DNA of 64,000 nt from Octopus sinensis. Its lineage: Eukaryota. The DNA is taken from assembly GCF_006345805.1 (NCBI RefSeq), contig NC_043009.1, forward strand, positions 27,404,001 through 27,468,000. Reading direction: 5' to 3'. Shown here piece after piece: positions 26,402-44,098 of the stretch (within the stretch, counting starts at the first letter, position 1; each line of letters opens with the position of its first letter). The notes under the pieces were generated by a model. The model saw only the letters and a program-made list of their open reading frames with translations. It did no database searches and was not told where the DNA came from. Both the position numbers and the translations under genes were made by a program.

Positions 26402-26486
26402 CTTTCCCGAAGAGAAGATTGCATTGTTTATACCTTTTATTCTTTTGAATAAGTATCAGTGGAATTTTTGAAACATATGTAGAAAG
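26402..26486 (+). ncRNA. Minimal type I hammerhead motif in the pseudo-LTR, core variant CCGAAGA
   Basis: Stem I ctttc (26402-06)/gaaag (26482-86), CCGAAGA at 26407-13, long AT-rich stem II closed by ttattc-tttt-gaataa, GAAA at 26470-73, palindromic CATATG, GUA site. Confidence 0.7.
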
Positions 26487-26674
26487 AAAAAATACTTGTT
26501 TAAACCTGCGTTAACTCCATTTTTTATTCCTATTATTCAAATATTCAACGTAAACACGAAGTTTCAACCTTTATAAACAAGGAGTTACAACATCTTTACT
26601 TGTGAGATTTTTGCTGTCCTGGTAACTATTCATTCATTTATCCGTGTTAAATGTTAACAAGGTAAAATACACTC

Positions 26675-26705
<31 letters not shown>

Positions 26706-27454
26706 AACATATATGAGAGGAAGTACTTTTCTCAAACTCAGCTTGCAATTCTTGAAATGTTCAGCTTTCAAGGTAATGTCTTACAAATATCCCTTCACTA
26801 TTATTTACCAACATCTCTAATGCATATTTTGTGCTGTTTGGTGGGATATTTTTGCTGTTATGATAGAGCAAACCTTTCTTTTTTTTTAAAGAAAAAAGTC
26901 CTAAAAGCAATTGTAATTTCATTTCTAATTAAAAATTTCAGTTTTGATGTAAACAATTAGAGAAAGTTATAAACTAAAATATCTCCAGAATGTATTTATT
27001 TTTAACCTTCTTTTAGAAGTTTTACAATGAATGCTATTTCCACAACTGAATGACATTAAAAAACATAGGTTATTTTATTGTCTGTGGCCTTCAATTTTTA
27101 TTTTTTTGCTCTTGTATGTCTAAGAATTTTTAAAATTTTATTTGCTCCTTTTAAATGAGAAGATAAAATAAACAACCTTGTATTTTTATTTCTTACTCCT
27201 TTTTCTGAATAAACTAGACAGAAATGAAAGGTATAAAAATAAACAAATAGTTTGAATGCTTTTAATTTAAGTTTATGTTAAAATGGGAAGGCATAATGTA
27301 ACAATGTTATATTAGAAAAGAAGTTGGTAATATGAAAAGGATGTAAAAACCACTTTTGAAGATTAACACAACCAGGATATTTAGGGATAACAAAACAATT
27401 TATCACATTATTGGATTAATACTTGGATTAATATTGGATGATAGGATTATATAT

Positions 27455-27662
27455 ACTGATTTCAAATTTTGGCACAAGGCCAGCAATTGTGGAGTGGTGT
27501 GAGTTGATTACATTGCTCTGGTGGTACTTATTTTATCGTCCCCGAAAGGATGAAAGGCTAAGTCAACCCTGGTAGCATTTGAACTCAGAATGTAAAATCA
27601 GAAGAAATGCTGCTAAGCATGTTGTCCGGCACTGTAATGATTCTGCCTGCTCCCCACCCTAA
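27455..27662 (-). mobile_element. Family-A SINE
   Basis: Similarity to 1958-2175. Confidence 0.8.
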
Positions 27663-29534
27663 AGAGAGATTATATATTAGGAGAAAAGTTAGGAGTTAGC
27701 AATTTAAAAAAATTTCCATAAAGAATATCATTTTTGTTTTTTTTATTTATTGATTACACAGATGAATTATTTTCTAACTGAATATAATCTGTATTTTCAG
27801 GGTAAAGTGATAATGTCTGACAGAGAAATGAAAGTGGAAAGAAAAGAAAATGCATGTAAAAACACATGAGTGGAACAGGGAGTTTTCTGATACTCAGTTT
27901 TAAACAATTCATTCCATTTTCTTTTTTTATAATAATTATAGAAAATAATTTGATTTTTAAGCTTTCAAAAACACTAAATCTAAGATTCTCTCTCTCTCAA
28001 TTGATAATAATCACACATAAAAATGTAAAAAGTATTTTACTTTTAAAGTAATAATCATATGCAAATTGTAATTAATCATTTAATTGGCATATGTCATTCA
28101 CCATCACACATCAGTCCCTGGCTTGCTGATGGGGTATGCCTGCCTACCTGCCTGTCTGACAGTCTGTCTGTCTCAGACTCTGTTTCATTCCCCTCCCCCA
28201 CCGCTCTCTCTGCTACAGCCATTACAGTTCAATGGTTTCTGCTCTGTGGAATTGGCTAGTGATGTGTGATGTGCAATTTCCACTCAGAATCATACAACTT
28301 ACTCATCCCCCATATTGTGTCCAACCATTACTCTCAAACAGGACATATTGTATAATTGAACCCAAGGCCTCACAGTTGTTAAGCAATCCCCTCAACAACC
28401 CAGATATAACTTGGTCTGTACACACGCACACACACATTCCTTCTTCGGACCTTCCCTTTCTTCTCTTTCTGACAAAGAGCCATGCTCGAAACATTATACA
28501 CCCATTCCTTTTTCCATCTTATACTGAGTGTGCAACCAGATGCATTCCATGTGTATGTCCCTTTATTTAGTTAGTTTTAATTGAAATTTTTTGATTTGCT
28601 TCTATATATTCATATATATATTTTGTGGCACTCTGTCAGTTACGACAATGAGGGTTCCAGTTGATCTGATCAACAGAACAGCCTGCTCGTGAAATTAATG
28701 TGCAAGTGGCTGAGAAACTGTGTTATATCACCTGATGAGATGCATTATGCACTATAATTCATAATATAGTTTCTCACCTGTGAGATACAGAGTGATACAG
28801 GATATGTCAAAATGATCATTATGTATAATATATATATATATATATATATGCCTGTATGTATGTATATATGTAGGTGTATGATTATGTATGTGCAAGAGAG
28901 CCTGACAAAAGGAGGAGTAATGATGTAATATATGCTACTTTCTACACACACACACACCCATAAACACACATATACACACAATTAATTTTAGGCATAGATA
29001 ATTATCGAACAAATGTGATCTTTATATCTTTGTACTGCTAATCTTAATCCTTTACATGATGCCATAAAATATTTCAAACATTTGGTAAGTGGTTGTCTTT
29101 GATGATTCCAAGTCCATTAGAAGAGTTAGGATTCTTTAGTTTAGCTCCTTTTCTCAAATGCTGCTATCAATGTAATATCTCCTACAGAAATTCAATGCCA
29201 TTTAAGAGAACTCTGGAATTGCTTTTAAATCACACCAATTGATAATAAACACTTATAATAAAGCAATGATTTTGAATAAAAGGTATTCACTTGCATATGC
29301 ATGCATGTGCATGGGTGCGTGGGCATGTGTGTATGTGTGTGTGTATATATGTGTGGATATGTGTGTATATGTATGTTAGTTTGTGTGTGTGTGCATGAGT
29401 GCATGAATGTGTGCATGTATATTTATATATATATATTGTCCCATCCGTGCTAGCAGGGAAGGCGGACATTAAATGATGATGATATACACATATACATACC
29501 TAAATACATTCATACATTTATGTATGTATTTATG

Positions 29535-29568
<34 letters not shown>

Positions 29569-29611
29569 TGTATGTATGTGTGTATGTATGTGTATATATA
29601 TGCATGTATGT

Positions 29612-29657
<46 letters not shown>

Positions 29658-29701
29658 GAATTTGTATGTGTGATTGTATTTCTCTCTTTTCTCTTTTCTC
29701 T

Positions 29702-30091
29702 TTTACTTGTTTCAGTCATTTGACTGCGGCCATGCTGGAGCACCGCCTTTAGTCGAGCAAATCAACCCCGGGACTTATTCTTTGTAAGCCCAGTACTTAT
29801 TCTATCGGTCTCTTTTTGCCGAGCCGCTAAGTGACGGGGACGTAAACACACCAGCATCGGTTGTCAAGCAATGCTAGGGGGACAAACACAGACACACAAA
29901 CACACATACATATATATATATATACATATACACGACAGGCTTCTTTCAGTTTCCGTCTACCAAATCCACTCACAAGGCATTGGTCGGCCCGGGGCTATAG
30001 CAGAAGACACTTGCCCAAGATGCCACGCAGTGGGACTGAACCCGGAACCATGAGGTTGGTTAGCAAGCTACTTACCACACAGCCACTCCTG
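29702..30091 (-). mobile_element. Young full-length family-B SINE
   Basis: CpG-rich, complete head to gactgaaac tail, colinear with 54700-55107. Confidence 0.9.
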
Positions 30092-30904
30092 TATATATAT
30101 AATTTATATATATATATTTATATACATATATATTTATAAATTTATAAGCATGTCTCTAATGTATGTATATAAATGTGTGTGTATTTATATGTATATATAT
30201 ATATATGTATGTATGTATGTGTATATATTTATGTGTGTGTGTATGTGTGTATGTATATATATATGTGCTTACGTATATATTTAAATTCCATGGTGTGTAA
30301 TTTGATATATTCTCAATACAAAAGTTAAATGTTTCGATGATGAGGGATTTAAAAATCTTGCTAATGGAAAAGTTGGTGTTGATAAATTGAAATAGTGCAA
30401 GTGTTAATATTTATTTTACAATCTCATTGATAATAATTGAATTCTAATTTAATTTCAAACAGAATAATGGAAAATTGTAAAACGATTTGTTAGCAAAATT
30501 AATGATCATTTTAATTTGTAAAGGGAATGGAAAAATAATTAAACAAAGAAAATCTTTAAATGTTTCTTGCAAAGAATATCACTTTGAAAATCATGATATC
30601 ATTCCTAAAGAATATTTTGGATTGGTTTTGTAGTTAAAATCACTGGATTCCTTGCTCAAAGGTCTTTGTGACATGGCTTCATGGAACCATATTCTCACTT
30701 GTATATTCCCTTTTTTGGCATTGTCCCTGTGGGGGAATGTCCTTCTTATCACTGACCGTTTTACAAGGTGTATTGTGTGCATTTTATAATACCGTTTCCT
30801 TCAAGAATTTTATTGTCTTCAGAAGTTAAGTCATTATAAATAAGCACAATAATATACTTTTGTGATGATATGGTAATTATTCTGATATATACATATATAT
30901 CTAT

Positions 30905-30938
<34 letters not shown>

Positions 30939-31136
30939 CTAATTTAGGATAAAATTTTTCCAAAAAAATTCTATCAATGGCCAGCATATTAAAAAATACC
31001 TTTAAAGGTTAAATTTATAAACAATTTATAAGTAAGGGCAAAAGAAAAAATTTCTAATGCCAAAATATGCCGAAAATAGACACAACGTGAATAACCATGT
31101 AATTACATATATATATATATATACATACACACAAAC

Positions 31137-31445
31137 ACTGGATTGTGTGTTTGTTTCTCTTTTTTTTCTATCTGCGATTCTATTTTTGATCATCTCTATG
31201 CAAATGAAAATATTTTCTCCATCTGGTTGCTTTACTTTCTACAAAACAAGAAGTTACATTGCGGAATTGTTATTTTAATGAGATGTATCTATTTATCACC
31301 CGGCAAGATACACCTGCACTGCGGGATGCTCCTAAACCGGTTGTTGAATGTCCCACCCAAGAGGAATCGAAGCTAGATGTGTCGAAACAATTGTCGTGAT
31401 TAAGAATTAATTCTCATTTATTCCATCTTTCGTCTTTCATTTGCC
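31137..31445 (+). mobile_element. Pseudo-LTR-like repeat with inactivated hammerhead core; paralogue of 58343-58660
   Basis: Colinear with the 58343 copy. Stems atcac/gtgat and gatacacct/agatgtgtc and the GAAACAATTGTC segment are kept, but the core reads CCGGCAA (31300-06). Confidence 0.75.
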
Positions 31446-31717
31446 AGATATGTATACACACAAACACACACACACAAACATAAATATATATGTATACATG
31501 ACCACACACAAAAACACATATCACAGATTAGAGGGATATATTTGGTGATGATACTATTACAAATGTGTGAAATTGTTTCCTTTGAAGTTTAGTCCTGGGT
31601 CGACCCTGACTGAGCAGACGTCTTGCACTTATCCTCATCTCATCATAATTATATTTTCAGAATTCAGAATGTCTAAGACCACATCGTCTAATATGTCATT
31701 CCTATATATATATTTAT

Positions 31718-31764
<47 letters not shown>

Positions 31765-32357
31765 TTGGATGACTTAGCTTCCTTTTATATGAATCACTGA
31801 TATTTTTAGGAAAAGCATTAATGCTGCAACATTATCCCCTTCCTCTCTCTCTCTCTCTCTCTCTTTCCCTCTCTCTCTTATCTCTATGGAAAGGTCTACT
31901 TGTAATCATGAGTACCGGTATAAACTAAACAAACTACATTTTAGGGTCTCACATTCCACCTCCACACCTTAATATAATTAAAATAATTAAAAGGCAAATA
32001 TGTTTTTAGATATTTGTGGGACATTCCAGTGTAATTATACAACAAGGAGCTTCCAGACCATATAAAGGTTTGGGCTTCACCAAATATTGGCCTTCACCTG
32101 GCACTGTCTCCCTGCCTATTCGAGGCAGGGGATTGGCATAGTTATTAAAACATTGGATGGCATGTTTGGGGGATATTTGTTCTGGATTTCTGCATTCTGA
32201 GTTCAAACCCAGCTGAGGCCACTCTTGCCTTTCATCCTTTCCAGTTTGATTAATAGAAACCTCTCCAATGCTGAGGTTGATTTCCTCTTTTCCTTTCACT
32301 TTTTATTTTACTCTCTCTTTTTCCTCTGGAATTTATACAGTCTATGTTTAATCTTGT

Positions 32358-32658
32358 GGAGGCACATGGCCTAGTGGTTAGAGCAGTGAACTCGCGGTTG
32401 AGGGATCACGGGTTCGAATCTCACACCGAGCAATGTGTGTGTTTATGATCGAACCACCTAAGCTCCATGCGACTCCAGCAGACAGTAATGGTGAACTTCT
32501 GATGACTCTTTCGCCACAACTTTCTCTCACGCTTTCCTCCTGCATCTTGCAGTTCACCTGCGACGGATCAGCATCCCGTCCAGGTGGGGAACCTATACAC
32601 CAAGGAAACTGGGAAACCGGACCTATTGCCAGGTGTGGCTCGAGAAGGAAAAAACAAC
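32358..32658 (+). mobile_element. tRNA-derived SINE, family D
   Basis: A box tggcctagtgg at 32367-77 and B box ggttcgaatc at 32411-20, followed by a non-tRNA GC-rich body and an aacaac tail. Confidence 0.8.
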
Positions 32659-34199
32659 ATGTTTGGAGACAGATGGGTTCTGCCAGGTTTAAAATGCCTG
32701 TAATGTGCTGTGTGTCACGAACGCATCCTTACAATGCAGTGTGTCATGAAAGCACGAGAGCACCGTTATGATGCAGGAATTAAGGAAACTTAATATCACC
32801 ACTATTACCACCCCTGCTGCTGCACCCCCCACTGCTCCCACTGCCACCATCACCACCACACCTGCACTGTATATATTCCCACCAACAATGCGACCCTCTT
32901 GTGGCTAAGTGACACAAGGTAACTGCATCAAATCTGAAGCTTGCTCTCACAGAGTTTATCTTATTCTTTTATTCTACAACAGATAAAACTCTAATCACTG
33001 AATACAGAAAAGTTGCAGTTTAATGGAGGTGTTTCTTTAGCATTTTATTGAAGTAGTTTTTGATTATTTTGATTAAGAGAAATGATTTTGTTAAAAAACT
33101 AAAAAGACAGCCATCAACGGTGACTGAATATTTCTTGGTAACATATATGATGGTTTTGCTAATTACTTTGGATACCTATGAAGTCAAGAACAGATTTAGA
33201 TGCTCTCTGTACTTCCACTCTTTGACTCACCAGCACACCCAAGGAGTGACAACTTGAGGGAGAGAAAGAGAGAGAGAGAGAGAGAGCTGCACCTGTATTT
33301 AGCTAGGATTCGTTTTTAGCTGAGCAGAAACAAGCAATGCAGAATAAAATGTCTTGCTTGAACACACAGTGTACTGCCTGATTCAGGAATTGAGCCCACA
33401 ACACTGTGGTCATGAGCTGGATACTCTAACTACTAGGCTAAATATCTTATCTAAATATTATGGAGCGAGCAAAAAGCCAACCTACCATTGCAGGGGAATA
33501 GATGCAAATGAATTTACAGATATACCCATATCACGTGATTTCAAACTCTGAGATAATACTATTAGTTCTCATCAGTGGATCTCCCTGCCTGGGGTTGAAT
33601 CATTACCTGCTTCGTCTTGCTTGTTAAAATTGTTGAAAGACTAGTGCCAAATTCAAATGATAGAAGTGTATAATTATACATCAATAAAGATATATATATA
33701 TATATATATACATATACACACACACACACACACACGTGTGTGTGTGTGTGTGTGCATGTGTCTATGTAGTAAAATAAATTATAACATCTATCTGTATGCA
33801 TGTGTGTATGTAGTAGATATTATCCGAGGATTCAGTTGTTTGATTTACTGAATTATCTACTCCTGAATTCATGTGTGTTCCACAGACTCATGTACCCTTA
33901 AGTAATTCTTAGGTAGAGCCAACATCTGACAGTGTATGACAAGGCTGTATCTTTGGAATTACAGGTTTTGTACAATTTCTGTCCTCCCAGTTTCATTCAT
34001 AAAGTATGAATAGCCCTGAGACAAAAAAAAAAACAAACCAAAAAAAATTGTATCTGCTCAAGCTGCCACACAGTGAGATCGAAACTGGGAGTCTGTCAGT
34101 TGGGAAGTGAACACCTTAACCATTTGGTCATATCATACTTACATTGGTGTCATCATAAAATGAGGGCTTTTACATCTTGCTAGCTTTTCTATTACTGTT

Positions 34200-34286
34200 C
34201 ATACATATGTACATACATGTACATATACATACATATACACATATATACATGGTCATACATATATACAATATATATATATATATATC

Positions 34287-34318
<32 letters not shown>

Positions 34319-34325
34319 TACATAT

Positions 34326-34384
<59 letters not shown>

Positions 34385-34454
34385 TATATGCATATATATA
34401 TACATATATACATATATATATACAATATACATATATATGTATATATACATATAC

Positions 34455-34535
<81 letters not shown>

Positions 34536-34680
34536 GTAATGCAATACAAGAGTATTGCTTTCCAGTAAAGGATAGCCCGTAAGGGTAAGATTATACATTT
34601 ATTTACTTTTATATATATATATATATATAATATATATATGATATATATACACATACATACACACATACACACACGTATAT
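34200..34680. repeat. (TA)n/(TACA)n microsatellite
   Basis: Direct inspection. Confidence 0.95.
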
Positions 34681-35292
34681 ATAATTACAAACATACATAC
34701 ATACATCTCCGGCTTCCGATTCCTACATATGCATCACCAAGTTATGCTTGTGCTTTATAAAGATAGTTGATAATTTGGTAATTCAGACACGGTTATTAAC
34801 ACTGCTTGTGTGATTAATGATAAATGTTTAGTGAGAAATGGTTTACAATTTAAAAAATTTTTTTTGTTTTTAATTTTATGGATTGATTGTGTTTTGAGCA
34901 AATGTCAGAGTATTGAGAAATCATGAAATATCCAGATTGAAAGTAAAACTAAACCTGTTTCAAATACATGTTTCCCCTTTTACACAACTTTTAATTTATA
35001 TAAGTATTGTTATTATATTTGTGCAAGTACACACGCATGAGCATGTGCACACGCACACATACACACGCACACATTCTATTGATCTGGTCAGTCTCTTGCT
35101 ACTTTGAATTCTACTGATGGGTAGGTAGGTAGGTATAGAGGGTCATCAGTCATAACTTGTCTAAAAGTCCTATGTACCCACAGGTGAAACTCAGAGTAGC
35201 AAGAGACCGATTCAATCAAAGTAAAATTGTTATCAATCTTGACAGTGTGATTGAGTACTCTTTCTTCTGACAATCAACAAAACAGTATATAT

Positions 35293-35334
<42 letters not shown>

Positions 35335-35547
35335 ATGTGTGTGCATATGCATGTGTGTATATATATATACACACACACACACATACATGCACTCTCTAAT
35401 ATCGAACAGTGAGAATACATGCTCAACACTGCATTGGTGGATAAATTGTTTTTGTTTGTGGGTAAATAAAGGCTACCAATGGTTTCATGTAACAAATCTC
35501 TCATTACATGAAAGCATTGACAGCCTTCTTAACCCACAAATAAAATG

Positions 35548-35611
<64 letters not shown>

Positions 35612-37712
35612 GTATTTTGTGGTAAAAAATGGTTAAAATCTGTAAATGACTGTTTTCGCTTCACTTTGATATCTGTAACCATAATGAAAATATCTTTTTA
35701 AAAATGCTATAGGAAGGGGACTAAAATTAAAAAGGTAAAATTAAGGGTTGGGAGAATGTTGGGTTAATAAAGGGTGTGTAATAGAATTATGTACGATAGA
35801 ATTAAATACAGGAATGTATTCTCACCTACTTGAGTAAAAAAAGTAGAATAAAATTTATTAAGGCAGATCCTTTTGAGATATTTTGAGCTTCTAATATATA
35901 AAGCATATGAACACTTATGGTGCCATTTTGAATAAATTTAACAAAATTAAGATATTTTGAAGCTGGTTGAAATTGAAATTTTTTCCTCTGTTGTTCAAGC
36001 CAATATTGGCATCAACCACTTAACTCTTTTCTCATCATATTTCTGTTAAAATACTCTGCCTTTGTTTCAATTAATTTTGAAAATATTGGAAAATTTAGTA
36101 AAATAATTTTGTCCTTATTAAGTCGGTGTTTGGAACATGAATTAATATGGAATTTCAATGAAAGATTTTTAATTTAGATTTCTTTAAAATGAGAAGTTTG
36201 TATCATAGAGCCAGGTTGGGGCAGGTCGTTATCAAAGCAATTAAATAGAGAAATGATTCGTTCATAATTTCACTGATAAATCATACAGGTGGATTTCTAT
36301 AGAAATATCCCCCCAAAATGGTCAAAATATCTTTAAAAAGAAATTTTGACAATTCTTTCTATTGAAAGAGAAAAAAATAATTGTCATGGTTTGTTTTCCT
36401 TTTCTTCCCAAGCAGATTATTACTATTTTTTAGGATATTTTTGTAGCTGTCTGAATGAATAAAGGATCAATTTATATCAGTGAAAAGATCCTTAGGGCAT
36501 GTCCGCTCACTGATTCTATGTTAATTTCTCTGGCAAAGATTCATGATTCAACAAGTCAGTGATTGCAACATGTCCTTGAAGACATGGCTCATTGCTTTTA
36601 GCAATGAGAACGCAGCTCGATGCAATTAGTTCTTCATTATTTTGTACTGTTTACCTTAAATCCACTTCAAGGGATTTGCATAGAAAAACATTACCATCAC
36701 CAGACTGACTTTACCTAGGCACATACCACAACATATTCTTCAAAGATATTCCCAGGAGAGAAATCTGTGAAGACAATCTTTCTGCTTAACCATATGCAAA
36801 AATCTTGTGTACATGTCATTCCAAGTGAGTCTGATATTTACTTTTAAACTTATAGAATTTTTTAAAGAATTACCTTTAGGCTCAAATTCTTGTGATTAAA
36901 GCAGCCATGTTGTAAGTTTTAGAATTATTTAATTCTTTTTGAATCTGCTCTTAATTTTTCATATTTAACATATGTAATCAGAAATTTAAATTATTCAAAA
37001 GTCTAAGTCACCATATCAATAAATACATCTACACATATTTTTTAAAATATCAGTGAGACAAAGCACATGAAAATAAATAAGTAACTAAATATATAAAAAA
37101 ATAAATAAAAACAAATTCTATTTTCTTGTATTAATTTTTTTTTTTTAAGTAAAAACAAAATTGTTTTCAAATTATAGAAAACATAAATTTAAATATGGCC
37201 GGAATATATTTTAAAAAGAAAAATTTGAAAGAAAACTTTCTTTTTCCTTTATGCTTATACATAAGTTAATTTATTAATTCCATTTAGAACATTGTGTCAT
37301 ATGACAGCTTAAATAGATCAGTTCATGGATTTAGGAATACACATCAATGCTTCCTGTATGTATCAAACAGTGATATGGTTTTTGGGGTTAGTTTTTACAT
37401 CAGATTTCAGTCAAAAATGCATTGGATGTGCGGCAATTGTGAGATATTTCATGATAGAAAGGAAAAAATGGAATAACAGGAAAAATAGCAATTAAATATA
37501 CAATTTCCTTTTATGTTACACTCTTTCAGCACATTGTCAATATATATGCATGTATATATATGTATGTGTATATATATATATACATGATAATGTATATGTA
37601 TATATATATATATACATACACATATATACATATATACATACATGTGCGTATATATATATGTGCATGTGTGTGCGTGCATGTTTATATCTGTATGCACATA
37701 TATATATTTGAT

Positions 37713-37744
<32 letters not shown>

Positions 37745-38588
37745 TATGTATACATATGTATATATTTATATAAGCATACACACACACGCACATATTTATA
37801 TGTAAACAATATATATATATATATATATATGTTTGTATATATGTGTATATATATCTATCTATATATATATATATATATATATATAGATGCATGTGTGTGT
37901 AGATGTATATATATATACATATGTATATGTTAAAATGCAAATTCATTCTTGTGCTTGTGTATATATACACATATCTCTGAGTATATGAAGGTGGTCGAAA
38001 TATAAATCTTTAAAGCGTAATAAAAATGAAACAAACAGAAACAAAATTAAAATTACACAAAAAAATACATAAAGAAAAAAGTAAAAAACAAAAACAAAAA
38101 AAATATACCAAGAAATATTTCAAATTTTTTCAGATTCAAGTATGTCATGTGATTTGATATGATGCCATATCTTGACTTGTTCTGGGTGTTTGTTTATTTT
38201 CACCATTAAGGGAAGAATTTAGTATGAAAATTCCTCACTGCAGAAACAAAAACCACACTCACAAGAGATTATCTGGACATAAAGTACAGATTTACGGAAT
38301 TTGACATTGCAAAATTTACCTTGACCAGATGGATAATTCCAACAAGAATCAGCTTCTTCTCTGGTGCTTTTTGTTTTGATAGTGTCGCAAATTACCTGTG
38401 ATTCACAGAAAATTTCGACTAATAACGGCAATTTCATCTCCACAATGGATTCTTTAATTGACAACTTGTTTTTTTCATACATTTTTCTTTTGTTATTTGT
38501 AGGTATTTGGTGTGAAATTTCATTCAGTATATAATGGTATCATTGTCCACTGTAACAAAGACTAGTGTTTCTCTGGGAATTCCCTTAC

Positions 38589-38730
38589 CTGATTTACTGT
38601 TCTGATACGGGGTGCGATTCAGTTGCACATCTTCCTCACTCCCGCCACGACCACTGTCTGATGCCCCAGTTTCCCCAGAATTCTCGCTATATGTATCTTC
38701 CATCTTGGCTAAATGTAATAAAGTTTTGTA
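38589..38730 (-). CDS. Internal 142-nt protocadherin cytoplasmic exon carrying the DSGRGGSEED conserved motif
   Basis: Pyrimidine-rich acceptor (ctcttcttttttttttacctctattgcag) ending at 38731, phase 0. Encodes YKTLLHLAKMEDTYSENSGETGASDSGRGGSEEDVQLNRTPYQNSKS. Donor CAG|GTAAGG after 38589, phase 1. SDSGRG-acidic is the CM1-like motif of delta/lophotrochozoan protocadherins. Confidence 0.85.
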
Positions 38731-38819
38731 CTGCAATAGAGGTAAAAAAAAAAGAAGAGAAAAAAAAGAGAATGATCAAAATTAGATATTAAGTTTAAAT
38801 TTCATGCAATGTTAATATT

Positions 38820-42420
<3,601 letters not shown>

Positions 42421-42521
42421 ATAAGGATGCATAAATATTTTTTTATTTTTAATTTATATAAATATGTGTGTATTTTTAATGTATATTAACATGTATATAT
42501 ATATACAAGTATGGTGTATGT

Positions 42522-42552
<31 letters not shown>

Positions 42553-43048
42553 TCATAAATATTTATAAATATATATACATGCATATACATGCATATATAC
42601 ATATGTATATACACACACATACATATACATATATATGCATATATATATATATATATATACATATACACATACATATATACATATATACGCATGCACACAC
42701 ACACATACAACACAGTATTATATGACCCTTTTTCAGCAGAGTTTACTAATTGGCTTTGTACACAAGGCTTTGGGAAAATCAGTTTCAGCAACCATCACAA
42801 AGGCTTGTAGGAAAATCATGTCTCACACACTACTTTTCCTAGTAACCCTTCAAGAAGAGTTCTAAGACTGCAGTTCCAAAATTCTTTTGCATGAAGCCAA
42901 TTGGCAAAATTGGCTGAAATCGATCTATATAATACTGTACAGTGTAACTTATTAATATATCCATTCTATTGACAAATATACAAGTGCCTGATTTTCGTGT
43001 CTCATGGATTATTATATGACTCTCTCTCTCTCTCCATATATATTATAT

Positions 43049-43121
<73 letters not shown>

Positions 43122-44098
43122 TATGTATGTATATATAATGTATGTATATATATATATGTATATATGTATATATATGTATATATATATATATATATATAGA
43201 TATTAGTTATTAGCAACAGAGGCCACATTAATACCAAAAAGAATGTCCTCGTTTTATTCAATGTAACATGCGTGTGTGTACGCATGTGTATGTGTATGTT
43301 TGTGTATATGTTACAACATGATTGAAAGTCACAACTGACATGATGAAATAGTTATCAATATTTTCAAAACGTTTATCAGAACAAATATGAATCCCATTTG
43401 AATATCTAATGCAAATGAATAAAGGAAGACAATATAAAGTAGTTTTATTTTCCTTATTTATTCACATTAAATATTAGATTATAATATTAAAACATTATCT
43501 TGGTTTATAAATAACAAAAAAATGTAAAATTTATCTCCCTTGCACTTGTTATCTATTATCTCCCTTCAATGGAGGTTGTTTGCTTCTTGTTGTCTCCCTT
43601 ATTTATATATGCATTTGTTTATTTTGGCTTTTTAAAATAAAAAATGAGAAACTGCGGAGTTGGACGAGATATAAGAGCAGTGAACAGAATACTTTACAGT
43701 ATTTGCTCTGGCTCTCCACTCTCCGAGTTCAAATCACACAGGAGTCAAATTTACCTTTAAACCATTTAGGGTCCATAAAATAATACTAATCCACTCTAAG
43801 TTGATTAGCATGACTATTAAAGGGTCAGACAAGATGTCGTATGGCATCTGTTCTGACTCTTTGCTTTCCAATGGCAATGCCAGCGATGTCATTTTTACTT
43901 AGCAGTATCAGCTTAAACTAGCGACATTTCCTTAGCATAATCTTTTCTATCACAGAGCAAGTGAAGACTTGCAAGTTTGGTTATCTACTCATCATACCCA
44001 TGTCTGATGTATATATATATGCAGGTGAGTAATGAAACTTTGATTGATGGAGGTATTATATAATATAGCTTATATAATATTTTATAATATACATATAT

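Larger units (their letters stand above)
25192..26533 (+). mobile_element. 5'-truncated Penelope-like element: inverted pseudo-LTR, GIY-YIG ORF, pseudo-LTR
   Basis: 25192-25342 is the reverse complement of 26379-26533 with only a few substitutions and homopolymer indels. The arms enclose the GIY-YIG ORF, and each arm carries a hammerhead motif. Confidence 0.85.

Noticed and set aside
30591-30782. 63-aa minus-strand ORF with protein-like composition
   Set aside because: No convincing acceptor/donor pair in a compatible phase.
38219-38482. 87-aa minus-strand ORF downstream of the motif exon
   Set aside because: No recognisable motif or acceptor. More simply intron or alternative 3' UTR.
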